A stretch of DNA of 64,000 bases from Bryobacterales bacterium (GTDB lineage Bacteria; Acidobacteriota; Terriglobia; Bryobacterales; UBA6623), in the NCBI GenBank assembly GCA_965242625.1, contig CBDEST010000005.1, forward strand, positions 1,773,632 through 1,837,631. The letters run 5' to 3'. The translations under genes and the position numbers were made by a program. Under the pieces are notes generated by a model that was not told the DNA's origin, searched no databases, and worked only from the letters and a program-made list of their open reading frames with translations. Shown here piece by piece: positions 9,914-18,911 of this stretch; within the stretch, counting starts at the first letter, position 1; every line of letters starts with the position of its first letter.

Positions 9914-10320
9914 CACTGACTGGGACAACCGAGGCCAGCCAGTGGCCATCGACCGGTTGGCGGACGGCCGCCCAGCGTCAATTCGGGATGTCGAGAAAGT
10001 GCATAGGCGCAGCTGCCGTCATCATCCGACGGACCTGCTCGGGTTGGTGGTTCTGGAACGGGGGCGGGTCGCGAGTCTCTTCGAACGAGAGACGAGCGTC
10101 CGTGTTGGCTGTCAAGGGTGACGAATTCAGGAGCAAGGGAATCCAGTGGGCTTGCGGCCCTCCCCATCGAGCCGGGCGGTCTGCCACAGGCGGTCGTTAC
10201 TGAGCACTCGGGAGAGGGTGGTGGGCAGCCGATGCTCGGGCCCGGCCGCTCCGGCCGCTATCGCGCGAGCTCAAGTCGGCGGCTGACACGCCGTATCTGG
10301 AATTCCGTCTCGCCTGCCAC

Positions 10321-10773
10321 CAGAGAACATGACCTCTGGCCAGTTAAGAATGTTAAGGAATTTCCAACTCTTGAGCCAGAGAGCGGAAGCTGTCGGAATC
10401 CTTGATCAGTCTCGATCGGATCGTTTCGATGGAGCGGAACGGCCTGCCTGCACGGGTTGGAAGCACCAAGATCCGGACCGTGCGTGAGCGCGCCCCCTCC
10501 GAACGCTACGCCTCACCGACGCAAATCGTGATCCCAGCTAGCTGTCCGCCACGAAACAGCCCCTTCGACGAAGGCTCGCGTAACCGGCGCGGTAGTCCGC
10601 CACTGCGCTCCTCGCTGGATCCGCGTTCGTCCGCTGCGGGGCCGAAATCATTATCACGGTCGCTGGCCGGCTACGGCTCTCCGGCGCGTGTCCAGCTCAC
10701 CCCAAAGGCCTTGTTTCACCTAGCCTTTTCGCGAAGCGACCGCCACGACCGACCGTCGGCGTCATGTCGTCTG
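10321..10773 (-). mobile_element. MITE-like element, copy B (453 bp, inverted relative to copy A)
   Basis: TIRs CAGAGAACATGAC (10321-10333) and GTCATGTCGTCTG (10761-10773). Flanked by a direct repeat GCCAC (10316-10320 and 10774-10778). Confidence 0.75.
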
Positions 10774-11147
10774 GCCACCGGAACTACTCGCAACGTGAGT
10801 TGGCAGCGGCGATAGGCGCTACCGAAGCCGCCGCCGCGCTGTCCCGGTTCCGTGCGCCGGTCTGAAGCGGTTGGGTAACGCCGGTGCCCCATCCCCAAGG
10901 CTCAGGGACTCAAGTGTCGGAGGTCGCACCTACGAGGCATCCACAAGGTTCTAGCTTTGCTCCGGACGGGATGTTCGCGTCCGCTCGGAATCCCTAACGG
11001 GGCATGCATAGAATCAAGAGGGGCGAGTCCTCGTCGTGCCGACACGCGTTTCGCGCCGTTGCGGACGCAACGGCAGCTGCGATAATCAATCGAGAGTCGT
11101 TTCAAGCGGTGTGTCATGCCAAACAGCGATGCCGCCGGATACCAGTC

Positions 11148-12359
11148 ATGCCTGACGAGCGTTTAGTCACTCGGGTCGTCTTGCGGGACTATAAGAGCAT
11201 CGCGGCGTGCGATGTCGCACTAGCACAGGTCACGTTCCTCGTGGGGCGGAACGGATCGGGCAAGACGAATTTCCTAAACGCCTTGCGCTTGGTGGCCGAC
11301 GGACTTCGCGGATCCTTGGAGCACGCTCTCAGCGAACAACTCGGCATCCTTGCGATTCTGAGGCGACTGGAGTCCGGGGCGATGGCTGACTCGTTTGGAA
11401 TTCGACTCGATTGCAGTATTCCTGACGCATCGATTCGGTACGCGTTCACGGTGGGAGCGAGCAAGGGAAACGGGGGGTTTGAGGTTCAACGAGAGGATTG
11501 CTACATTAGATCAAGAAATCCCGAGAAGGCGCAATTCTACTCCATCAGAGAAGGAGTCGTGTTCGATAGCAGTATTGATCATCCACCGGCCGCGGCTCCC
11601 GATAGACTGTATTTGCTTACTGCTTCTGGACGAGAAGAGTTTCGGCCAGCGTACGATGCGTTGTCAGGCATCAGCTTATTTGATATTGGTCCAGCAGCAG
11701 TGCGAGCGCCAGCGAGACTTGGTAATGACGATACCCACAAGGATGACAGCAATGTTGCGGGTGTTCTAGCTAGATTGGAAAGTCAATTTCCAGACATCAA
11801 ACACCGCATTGAAAAATACATGAGCGTGATCGTACCCGGACTCACTGGGGTCAACAGCGTTCCATTCAGAGATCTACGTTTCATTGAGTTTCATCAATCC
11901 TATCCCAGCGGAGCTATCCGTTTCTTGGCCCCCAGCATGTCGGATGGGACAATGCGGGCTCTAGCGATTCTAACGGCACTCTTTGAAAATGTGAGTAGAG
12001 ACGGTTTATCCCGGAACCTCGTAGGCATAGAGGAACCGTCGAATGCATTACATCCAGCCGCTTATGAGGCACTCATGGATGGCATCTATGACGCCTCGCA
12101 CCACACTCAGATCATCGCCACAAGCCACAGTCCAACTTTGCTGGACAGCGCATACATTCGCCCTGAGTCGATCCTCGCGGTGACCTCTGACCAAGGTAGG
12201 ACATATATCGGCCCCCTAGATGATGTCAAGCGATCCTATCTGGAGAGGAAACTCTTTTCTCTGGGTGAACTCCTGACAGGAGACCAGCTGTCTCCAAGCA
12301 CCAATGTCTTCGGTGCGGGTTCGGATCGAATCGACCTTTTCGATGACGAAGGGACTTGA
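11148..12359 (+). CDS. AAA_15/AAA_21-type (SMC/ABC-like) ATPase, orphan
   Basis: Likely start MPDERLV at 11148. Walker A is LVGRNGSGKTNFLNALRL. SDGTMRALAILTALF and LVGIEEPSNALHP (Walker B/D-loop) plus IATSHSPTLLDS are typical of defence-associated AAA_21 ATPases. GC is visibly lower than in the flanks. Confidence 0.75.
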   Translation: MPDERLVTRVVLRDYKSIAACDVALAQVTFLVGRNGSGKTNFLNALRLVADGLRGSLEHALSEQLGILAILRRLESGAMADSFGIRLDCSIPDASIRYAFTVGASKGNGGFEVQREDCYIRSRNPEKAQFYSIREGVVFDSSIDHPPAAAPDRLYLLTASGREEFRPAYDALSGISLFDIGPAAVRAPARLGNDDTHKDDSNVAGVLARLESQFPDIKHRIEKYMSVIVPGLTGVNSVPFRDLRFIEFHQSYPSGAIRFLAPSMSDGTMRALAILTALFENVSRDGLSRNLVGIEEPSNALHPAAYEALMDGIYDASHHTQIIATSHSPTLLDSAYIRPESILAVTSDQGRTYIGPLDDVKRSYLERKLFSLGELLTGDQLSPSTNVFGAGSDRIDLFDDEGT

Positions 12360-13439
12360 TCGATGTGCAGCCAGGGGGTGAACTTGAGCAGAGGACTGCG
12401 AGCAGTCAAGATCCGGTCCGGCAGGCAGTATTCGGACCAAGCACGCCCCACGCTGATCGCGGCGGATCTCTCCGTGTGGATCCGTAGGCAGATCGCGCGG
12501 CCCTCCCGCCTGCCGTGCCTACATGCGAGCCCAAGTTGGCATCGCCGCGAGCTGAACTTGGAACTCGAACCCCAAGGCTTCCGGATCAGCCAAGGATCTT
12601 CCCTTCTGAGCGGATACGTGCCGGGAGGGGCGGCTCTCGCCCACCAGCGGCCAGTTGAGTGCTACATCGCGGAATCACACGGCTGCGCACGGCTCTTCGA
12701 GAGTCGCGCTGAACAGATAGAGCCCTAGACTCGCTCGAGCAGCAGCTCTCGCGGTCAAGGCTCGCGAGGGGGCTGGCAAGCGGCGATCACCGGGTGCTTC
12801 GCGTCCGCGACCAGAGGTCGCCGACAGGTGCCCTCGTCAGCATGTCGCGACCGTGCGCGACCGGACGATGCCGGAGTCAAGATGAGGCGTCGCTTGAATA
12901 CTCTACCGCCGCCCGACTTCCCGAGCCGAGATTTCGTGAAGGACTGCTCCGACTCGCTGCTGCTGGCGGCACTTCGGCAATCGCATCGTCGTTCCTTGGA
13001 GTCGGCCGCGGACTTTGCCGAACAGGGAGTGACGAGGACTACCGCTTACCGACTCCGCATTGCGGGCATCGCAAGCAGTCCGGGAGGCGGACCCTGGGCG
13101 AGATGATCCGGGCTGCCACTCGAAGAATCCGCTGTCTTTCGCCGGACTCCGAAGACGCCGGAGCCGGGCATCCGCTTGCGAATGCATAGCTCGCCCAACC
13201 GTCGCTGAGAACCGGGCGATGCGGAGATTCCCTACCGAAGACGAGCAGTCGATCCCGACCTTGACCAGCATTCCCCCATTAGGTCCCGAGCACCGTCATG
13301 TTGAAGCGCGGAACCTGCACAGGCGTGGCGACTCGACGCCCCCGGTTGCGACCCCTTTCCGATTCTCCATAAGGCATCAGGCCGACGAGTCCACGCGCAT
13401 AGTGAGGTCTGCTGAGAGTTTCCAGAGCTGCACTTTGAA

Positions 13440-13961
13440 CTAACGGTCTCGCGGAACGGACCAACTCGATTCCCCGGCAGATCCTTCGGGCTTCGCGACA
13501 GGTACTGGAGTGGCCCCGTCCCCCTCGACCGGGATCTGCGGGCGACCCTGGCGCAGGAACGTGTCGATCGCGTCCACCTTCGTTTCGAGTCGATCGATAC
13601 GAGCATCCGTCCGGTCTATCCGGTCATGGGTCTGACGAAAGCCCTCGGTCATGGTGGACTCGATACGATCCATGCGGAGATCCTGCCGATCGAACCGTGC
13701 GTCGACACCGTCGAACCGTGCGTCGATCGTGTTGAACCGTGCGTCGATCTTGTCGAACTCCGCGTCGATTTCGTCGAACCGTGCGTCGAGCCTTGAGAGA
13801 GCGTAGTCGCAGACACCCCACACCGCGCTGAGCACCACCAGCGCACCGAAGAACACTGCCAGTACGCCTCTGGTATCGGCACTGATGTGCCAGCGCGACC
13901 TCTTCGCCTCGGACACTTCCCTCTGGCCTCCGCTCTCTTTATCATACTCGTTGTTCATCAT
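13440..13961 (-). CDS. membrane-anchored coiled-coil protein with heptad DARFDxx repeats, hypothetical
   Basis: 173-aa ORF with one TM helix (VLAVFFGALVVLSAVWGV). This is followed by DARFDEI DAEFDKI DARFNTI DARFDGV DARFDRQ DLRMDRI, encoded by six 21-bp tandem repeats (~13681-13800). Confidence 0.5.
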   Translation of the reverse strand: MMNNEYDKESGGQREVSEAKRSRWHISADTRGVLAVFFGALVVLSAVWGVCDYALSRLDARFDEIDAEFDKIDARFNTIDARFDGVDARFDRQDLRMDRIESTMTEGFRQTHDRIDRTDARIDRLETKVDAIDTFLRQGRPQIPVEGDGATPVPVAKPEGSAGESSWSVPRDR

Positions 13962-14350
13962 GATTCCACTTCCCTGTGGATTTCGTGGTCGCGCAGTCGA
14001 TGATGGTGCGCTCCATGTCCTCTGTCAAGACGCTCTGTAGACCGACACGAAACCAGCCAGTCGATCTCTTCTACGCATAGCGTATCAGATCCGTTTCCAA
14101 GCGTCAAGCGGGTTCGCCAAAAATTTCGTGCGTAGAGACGTTGCTTGATTGATGTCCGCTCTCCAGCCCAAACGGGACACCCACCGCGGACTGATCCGCT
14201 AGGCGGCAGGCCTCGGATCCACGGCGAGCCCTGTGGGCCGGACAGACTCCTGAACGCGGTTGTCCGGGGAGCAGCCGGCGGCGGGTAGGCATCCACCACT
14301 GCGTTCCCCGACCAAGGCATACTCGACCATTGGAAAGGGGCTTATATACA

Positions 14351-14466
14351 AAAGTATCCAAGCGCGGGACGTGTTAACTTGATTCCACGGTTTTGGGCGC
14401 GGTCCCCCTCGGGTCGCGCCCGGACAAGTTAACGCATGGCGCCCGGATTGCGGGCTTGGATACTTT
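14351..14466. repeat. 116-bp nested imperfect palindrome downstream of the 14739-16208 methyltransferase
   Basis: Three nested arm pairs: AAAGTATCCAAGC (14351-14363) with GCTTGGATACTTT (14454-14466); GTTAACTTG (14373-14381) with CAAGTTAAC (14425-14433); GGGCGCG (14395-14401) with CGCGCCC (14415-14421). Confidence 0.6.
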
Positions 14467-14738
14467 AGTATGTAATTCCCATTGGAAACTTGTGCCCAGT
14501 CCGTTGCGCGTTGGGTAGCCAGACGGTTGACCGCGATGGGCAGGATCGGTCTGCCCGCAGCTAACCGGAGTCCAGCGATCGTGGCCTCGGGCAAGCCATT
14601 TCCCGACCGGGCCAGGTTGCAAGGAGACCGCCTGCGGTACAACAGGGACTTTGATTCGTAGAGGGTCCATCCCCGCGAAACCGCGATGGCGTTCCATCCG
14701 ATCAGGCCGTGCTTGACAGCTCCCGCTCAGCCTCGTGC

Positions 14739-16208
14739 TCACTTATCGAAGTGCAATACGGATTGACCGCCGAGTTCCCGCAAGTCGTCCAGGCGGTGAA
14801 GATGACGTGCCAGAGAATCGATTGAGATTCTGCGCAGTATGTCAATCGTGACCGGCCGCTTGGTATCGGGAAACACCAAGGACCCCAGGAATCGCCGCGC
14901 GGCCTCCGAGCCGAGGAGGTCGATGACCAGTTCGGCCTCCTCTCGATGATCGAAGGGCAGGAAGTAGCACGTGTCGTCCACCATCACGGGACGTCCGCCC
15001 TGCGGGGAGACGAGCAGGAACTGTAACGAATCGTAGAACCCCGAGATGGCGACTTTCCATGGAGCGAACGAGTAGGGGCCGATGCCGAACATGGCGAATC
15101 GCGGCTGTCCCCGATAGACCGAGCTCGCCCTGCTGTCGAAATGCGATGCGTGGCAGATCAGGTACTCCCAGATCCGTGGAGCGGCTTCTCTGAACTTCGC
15201 GGTGTCTTCGCCGGTGCGTCGTTGCGTGACCAAGACGTGCTTGCGTGCCGCGGTGCGACCGTTCCCCACGTCTGAGGACTTCAAGAGCGGGTACACGAAG
15301 TCATCTTCGAGTTGCACCCACTCTCCGAGGCCGTTCGCATACGCGTCGCCCTGTCTGACGAATTCCATGACCTGCGTGGCGTCGTGCTTGATGCCTGACC
15401 TCCATCTGTACGGAGACGAACCGCCCCCCAGCGAAGAGTACTCGCGGTACGCATCCATGTCGGAGACCAGGGTGTTGTCCACGTAGCCGAACCTGCTTGA
15501 TCCCGACTTCAGGCTGAGCGTCTCGAAGACCTGGGCCGAGCGGTCTTCGGTCGCAACCCCTGTCACATAGAAGAGACAGGCGTCCGCCGAGACATCGAAT
15601 TCAGCCTTGGCGTCGAATCGAAACAGCCGGGCATCCCTGCGTCCGCACCCCTGCCGCCACAACGACCTCAGGACCCTCCGGGCCGTCATCGTCTTGCAGA
15701 GAACCGCAACGGCTCCCTCCTCGGGTAGCGCCTCCACCAGTCGCTCGATCATCCATTCGGCGATATCGAAATTGGACTTGCCGGTCCTTGCCTCCATCCC
15801 GCTGTAGCCGGCTGCGTTGGTCTTGACAGGCAGGTTGTCGGCGCGCAAGCGCCCCAGCTCCGAATTCGTCACCCACGGGGGATTTCCCAGCACCAAGACC
15901 TTGCGGAACTCGGGACGGCGCAGGCAGCGGTCCCAGTCGTGCTCGAAAAAGTCCTGTCGGTAGATTCTCGCTCCAGACGTCTCCAAGCGGTCCGACGCGG
16001 ATTTGACATGGGTTTCGTTCAGCTCGTAGCCCTCGTATGCGACATCGGCGCCCCATTGCTGGATGGCCGCCTCGAGGAACGATCCGCGGCCGGCGGTCGG
16101 CTCCACGACAAGGTCCGGCCGTGGGATGAGGTCGGAGAGCAGGGACACGACCCTCCGGGCGAGGCCCGGAGGGGTCTGGAAGTCTCCGAATACCTTCCGC
16201 TGCCTCAT
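14739..16208 (-). CDS. N6-adenine DNA methyltransferase (type II R-M-like)
   Basis: 489-aa ORF with VVEPTAGRGSFLEAA (motif I) and VLVLGNPPWV (NPPW motif IV). Its start overlaps the stop of the upstream gene (ATGA at 16205-16208). Confidence 0.85.
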   Translation of the reverse strand: MRQRKVFGDFQTPPGLARRVVSLLSDLIPRPDLVVEPTAGRGSFLEAAIQQWGADVAYEGYELNETHVKSASDRLETSGARIYRQDFFEHDWDRCLRRPEFRKVLVLGNPPWVTNSELGRLRADNLPVKTNAAGYSGMEARTGKSNFDIAEWMIERLVEALPEEGAVAVLCKTMTARRVLRSLWRQGCGRRDARLFRFDAKAEFDVSADACLFYVTGVATEDRSAQVFETLSLKSGSSRFGYVDNTLVSDMDAYREYSSLGGGSSPYRWRSGIKHDATQVMEFVRQGDAYANGLGEWVQLEDDFVYPLLKSSDVGNGRTAARKHVLVTQRRTGEDTAKFREAAPRIWEYLICHASHFDSRASSVYRGQPRFAMFGIGPYSFAPWKVAISGFYDSLQFLLVSPQGGRPVMVDDTCYFLPFDHREEAELVIDLLGSEAARRFLGSLVFPDTKRPVTIDILRRISIDSLARHLHRLDDLRELGGQSVLHFDK

Positions 16209-16885
16209 AGCGCGTCGATGCCCTCCACGATCCCTGCTTCAGTTATGGCACGCCGGTACTTGAGTCGCCATTGCAGTGCGTTGGAGATGGTCAGGTAGCC
16301 GAGCCGGGGAGGCTGCGCGAGAGCCTCTCTGGCGAGTGATGCGGCCGCGAGTTCCTCGACGGGGAGCAGGCGCTCGTGGAAGAAGGCCAGGATGTCGTCG
16401 ATGTTCGCGTCGCTGTCGATGAGGCCCAGCAGGCCTCGTGTCGTCTGGTAGTCAGCGGTACGGGACTTGTCAACGTAGACGGTGTGACGAATGTCCAGTC
16501 GGGAAGATTGCGAGTCGAGGTCGTCGTCCTTGTCGTAGACGAGGACGAGGAGGTGGTACCCAAGTCCGAAGATCTTCTGCCTTGCGGAACGGAACGGGCA
16601 TGACGACTGGGGCTGTCGCAGACTCGTGGCCTTCATGTCGACGTTCAATATGCATTCCACCGCGCGATGGGGATGCACGATACATTGCTGGTGGAGGCGA
16701 CGAATCCGAGAATCCGGCCGACTCGAAATTGACTTGCGAACGCTTTCTGGAAGAGTCTCTAGGACCTCCGCGCGAGGCAGCTTTCCGCGCTCCGCGTCGC
16801 CCGTGGATTCAGTCTGTCGTTGCTTCGGTGCTAGAGTCCTCGGACTCTTGATTGAAGGTTTCGAACGCGGCATACATGTCGGCAC
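16205..16885 (-). CDS. putative restriction endonuclease partner (fold not recognised)
   Basis: 226-aa ORF translationally coupled to the MTase. Acidic/lysine stretches (VLVYDKDDDLD, VYVDKSRT) might form a nuclease core, but I cannot assign a family. The true start may lie downstream, because the first 77 nt overlap ORF 16809-17147. Confidence 0.45.
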   Translation of the reverse strand: MPTCMPRSKPSIKSPRTLAPKQRQTESTGDAERGKLPRAEVLETLPESVRKSISSRPDSRIRRLHQQCIVHPHRAVECILNVDMKATSLRQPQSSCPFRSARQKIFGLGYHLLVLVYDKDDDLDSQSSRLDIRHTVYVDKSRTADYQTTRGLLGLIDSDANIDDILAFFHERLLPVEELAAASLAREALAQPPRLGYLTISNALQWRLKYRRAITEAGIVEGIDAL

Positions 16886-17147
16886 CGATCCGTTCTAGAT
16901 CACGAGCTTGAGCGTCTCGTGGATACCGGGGCGGGTTGGGGTCGTCGAATCCTGCCGGGCCCATGGTGACCGAGGCTAGGCATTCGAGGACTGCGTCCCA
17001 CAAGCCTTGATTGACTCTTCGATAATGAGCGCGCGGTGGTGGCCTCACGGTCTCGTACGTCCTCAGCATTTCCAGTGTACGCTTTCGCAACGACCCCAGT
17101 CCAGGGAGCCTTTCCCGCGAGCAATGAGCATCGGTGATGGAGGTCAA
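16809..17147 (-). CDS. hypothetical protein upstream of the R-M pair
   Basis: 112-aa ORF in the same orientation as the R-M genes. No motif recognised. Confidence 0.25.
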   Translation of the reverse strand: MTSITDAHCSRERLPGLGSLRKRTLEMLRTYETVRPPPRAHYRRVNQGLWDAVLECLASVTMGPAGFDDPNPPRYPRDAQARDLERIGADMYAAFETFNQESEDSSTEATTD

Positions 17148-17171
17148 GGGTGATTCTCCTGTAGGCCAAGA

Positions 17172-17780
17172 AAGCCCGTGGGTTCATGCGGGCGCCTGTG
17201 CAGCTAGCAGGGCACCTAATCGGCGGGCCTTGCGGCGTCGGTGGCGAGGGTGCCGTGCAGCGGGCTCCTGCGGGTGGCCTCGGCTGCTCCGCTGTTGAGC
17301 AAAGTCTACGCGAGGTGGTTCAGCTTGGAGCTGAAGACGCGCGGCAACGCTCGGCAGTTCGGCGCGGATATCGTCAATCGCGCGGACGAGGTCGTGATCT
17401 GCGGGCGGGTATCGGAGGTAGCGATGCGGGCGGTGGTCGAGCGGATGATGGAGCGGATGCGGTCGCCCCTGAACGCGACGAAGACCCGTTGGGTGCATGC
17501 GCGGGGGAAGCCGTTGGGGTTCCTCCGGCATATAGAGTCGGATGCAACTACGAGCCGCTGCCTGCACCGGAGGCAGTGAATCGGCTTGAACCGAGTCACG
17601 CTCGGCTGGGCAAACTCCTTCCGTCTGGGACAGGCGAGGCGGCCTATGCTGCCGTCGACGCGCATGCGGTCAACGGGATGCGCCAGCGGCTGCGTCAGAA
17701 GCACCAGGTGCAGTCCGGGAAACCCGTGCGTTTCTCGGGGGAGAGGTTGTGGATGGACTACGCGTGGCCGCTTGCAGGAT
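17172..17780 (+). pseudogene. group II intron reverse transcriptase/maturase relic (RT domains 4-7 and X, frameshifted)
   Basis: Frame 1 reads APLLSKVYARWFSLELKTRG ... IVNRADEVVICGR ... LNATKTRWVHARGKPLGFL, which matches SPLLSNIYL ... VRYADDFVI ... LNxEKTRIV ... GFDFLGF, with YADD decayed to RADE. Other frames read LGWANSFRLGQ (maturase X) and RQKHQVQSGKPVRFSGERLWMDY (intron-encoded protein C-terminus). There is no continuous ORF. Confidence 0.7.
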
Positions 17781-17785
17781 GCGGC

Positions 17786-18229
17786 TTAGGGGCGCCTTGC
17801 GACAGAGTCCGGAGTTGCCTCGGGATCCGGAGTCGGCGGAGGAGTCGACGGTGCGCCGGCATTGAGGGCCGCGCGTCTCCGCCGCTCGCAGGCGACATCG
17901 TGATCGACTTGCCAGCGGAGCCAGCGCTCGGCCGTGTCCCAGCCCGCCGCCTCCAGCCGAAGCGCAAGGTCCATGGTCACGGGTGCCTGGCCCTCGATGA
18001 CGGCGGACAGGTCCGCGCATTCGACGCCGAGGTCCGAGGCGGCCTTCGCGACGTCGAGCGACTTTCGCTCGAGGATGTCGCCGACGCTGAGACCGGGATG
18101 CGACGGGTTGCGGCGCAGCCACTCGACGCGCGCCTGAAGCACGTCCGGCGGGACCTCGCCGTCGATCGTGTACAGTTCCGGTGCTAGGCCTGGAGCGGCG
18201 TCGGCATGGGTGCGGGTGTGGGAATGCAT
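17786..18229 (-). CDS. higA: HigA-family HTH antitoxin
   Basis: 147-aa ORF. HPGLSVGDILERKSLDVAKAASDLGVECADLSAVIEGQAPVTMDLALRLEAAGW fits the HigA/XRE HTH pattern. It is a paralog of 28322-28744 and 36507-36929. Confidence 0.7.
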   Translation of the reverse strand: MHSHTRTHADAAPGLAPELYTIDGEVPPDVLQARVEWLRRNPSHPGLSVGDILERKSLDVAKAASDLGVECADLSAVIEGQAPVTMDLALRLEAAGWDTAERWLRWQVDHDVACERRRRAALNAGAPSTPPPTPDPEATPDSVARRP

Positions 18230-18245
18230 GGTGGCGTCCTTTCAA

Positions 18246-18567
18246 GCTCTTGTGGTAGTCGATCATTTCTACATCGTAAGACGATGGCCGCGCCGTTTTC
18301 GTCCTCCCCGAGCCGGAAGACGATGCGGTGGCTGCCCGAGACCGCGATGGCATAGGTGCCCTTGCGGTCACCCTTGAGTCGATGGATCTGGCAGCCGACG
18401 CTCTCCAGCGCGTCGAGAGGCGCTCCGCGACCCAGATGCTCCAGCAGCCGTTCGATCTTGCCCTCGATCTGGTCGGGGGATAGGCCGCGCTTGCCCTTGG
18501 CGAATCGCTTGGTGCGCCGACTGCCCCATGACTGGATGGCCGCGGCGCGATACGACCACGAGGGCAC
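18246..18567 (-). pseudogene. higB: HigB/RelE-like toxin, apparently frameshifted with its stop lost
   Basis: From GTG at 18567 it reads ...AIQSWGSRRTKRFAKG...CQIHRLKGDRKGTYAIAVSGSHRIVFRLGEDENG. The conserved end YDVEMIDYHKS is in another frame, implying a 1-nt indel near 18285. No in-frame stop follows. Confidence 0.55.
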
Positions 18568-18911
18568 ACGCGCACGCGCTCCCAGAGCGCCAGGCGTAGA
18601 TGGTAACGAGTTGAAGGACAGAGAGGTGATGCAGGGACTGGCGAAAGAGGGGAAGGTGCGCGCGTTCCTGGACGCGCGCATCCAACGAGCCAACCCCAAG
18701 CTCGAGGCCAAAGGCCGCAAGGAGGGATTCCGGAGCGCCTCGAGCAGGAGCGGGAATTGCTGCAAGCGCCGACCAAGCGACGGTGCGATGCAGCAACAGC
18801 TGACCGGCTGCTGGCATGTCGCCCGGAGCACGATCCTTGACGCGGGAGGAGAGGGCTGAAAGAGCCCCATACTCGCCCAGGCGCCATCTGATCGAAGGCA
18901 CATACGTGTAC

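Larger units (their letters stand above)
2025..10075. repeat. tandem duplication (2 x ~4.07 kb) of the MTase + nuclease unit including its upstream region
   Basis: 2025-6000 aligns with 6098-10075, with start codons 4075 bp apart. The upstream segment is shared (GTGAGCATAGGCCATGGTAGATTCCGACGCGTCTGGAGCAATGCATGATCGCC), as is the downstream segment (CTGACRCTGACTGGGACAACCGAGGCCAGCCAGTGGC). Confidence 0.85.

Noticed and set aside
1307-10773. A composite transposon formed by inverted MITE copies A and B around the duplicated MTase-nuclease units.
   Set aside because: Each MITE has its own matching target duplication (AGTTAC/AGTTAC and GCCAC/GCCAC). This indicates two independent insertions rather than mobilisation of the whole 9.5-kb segment.
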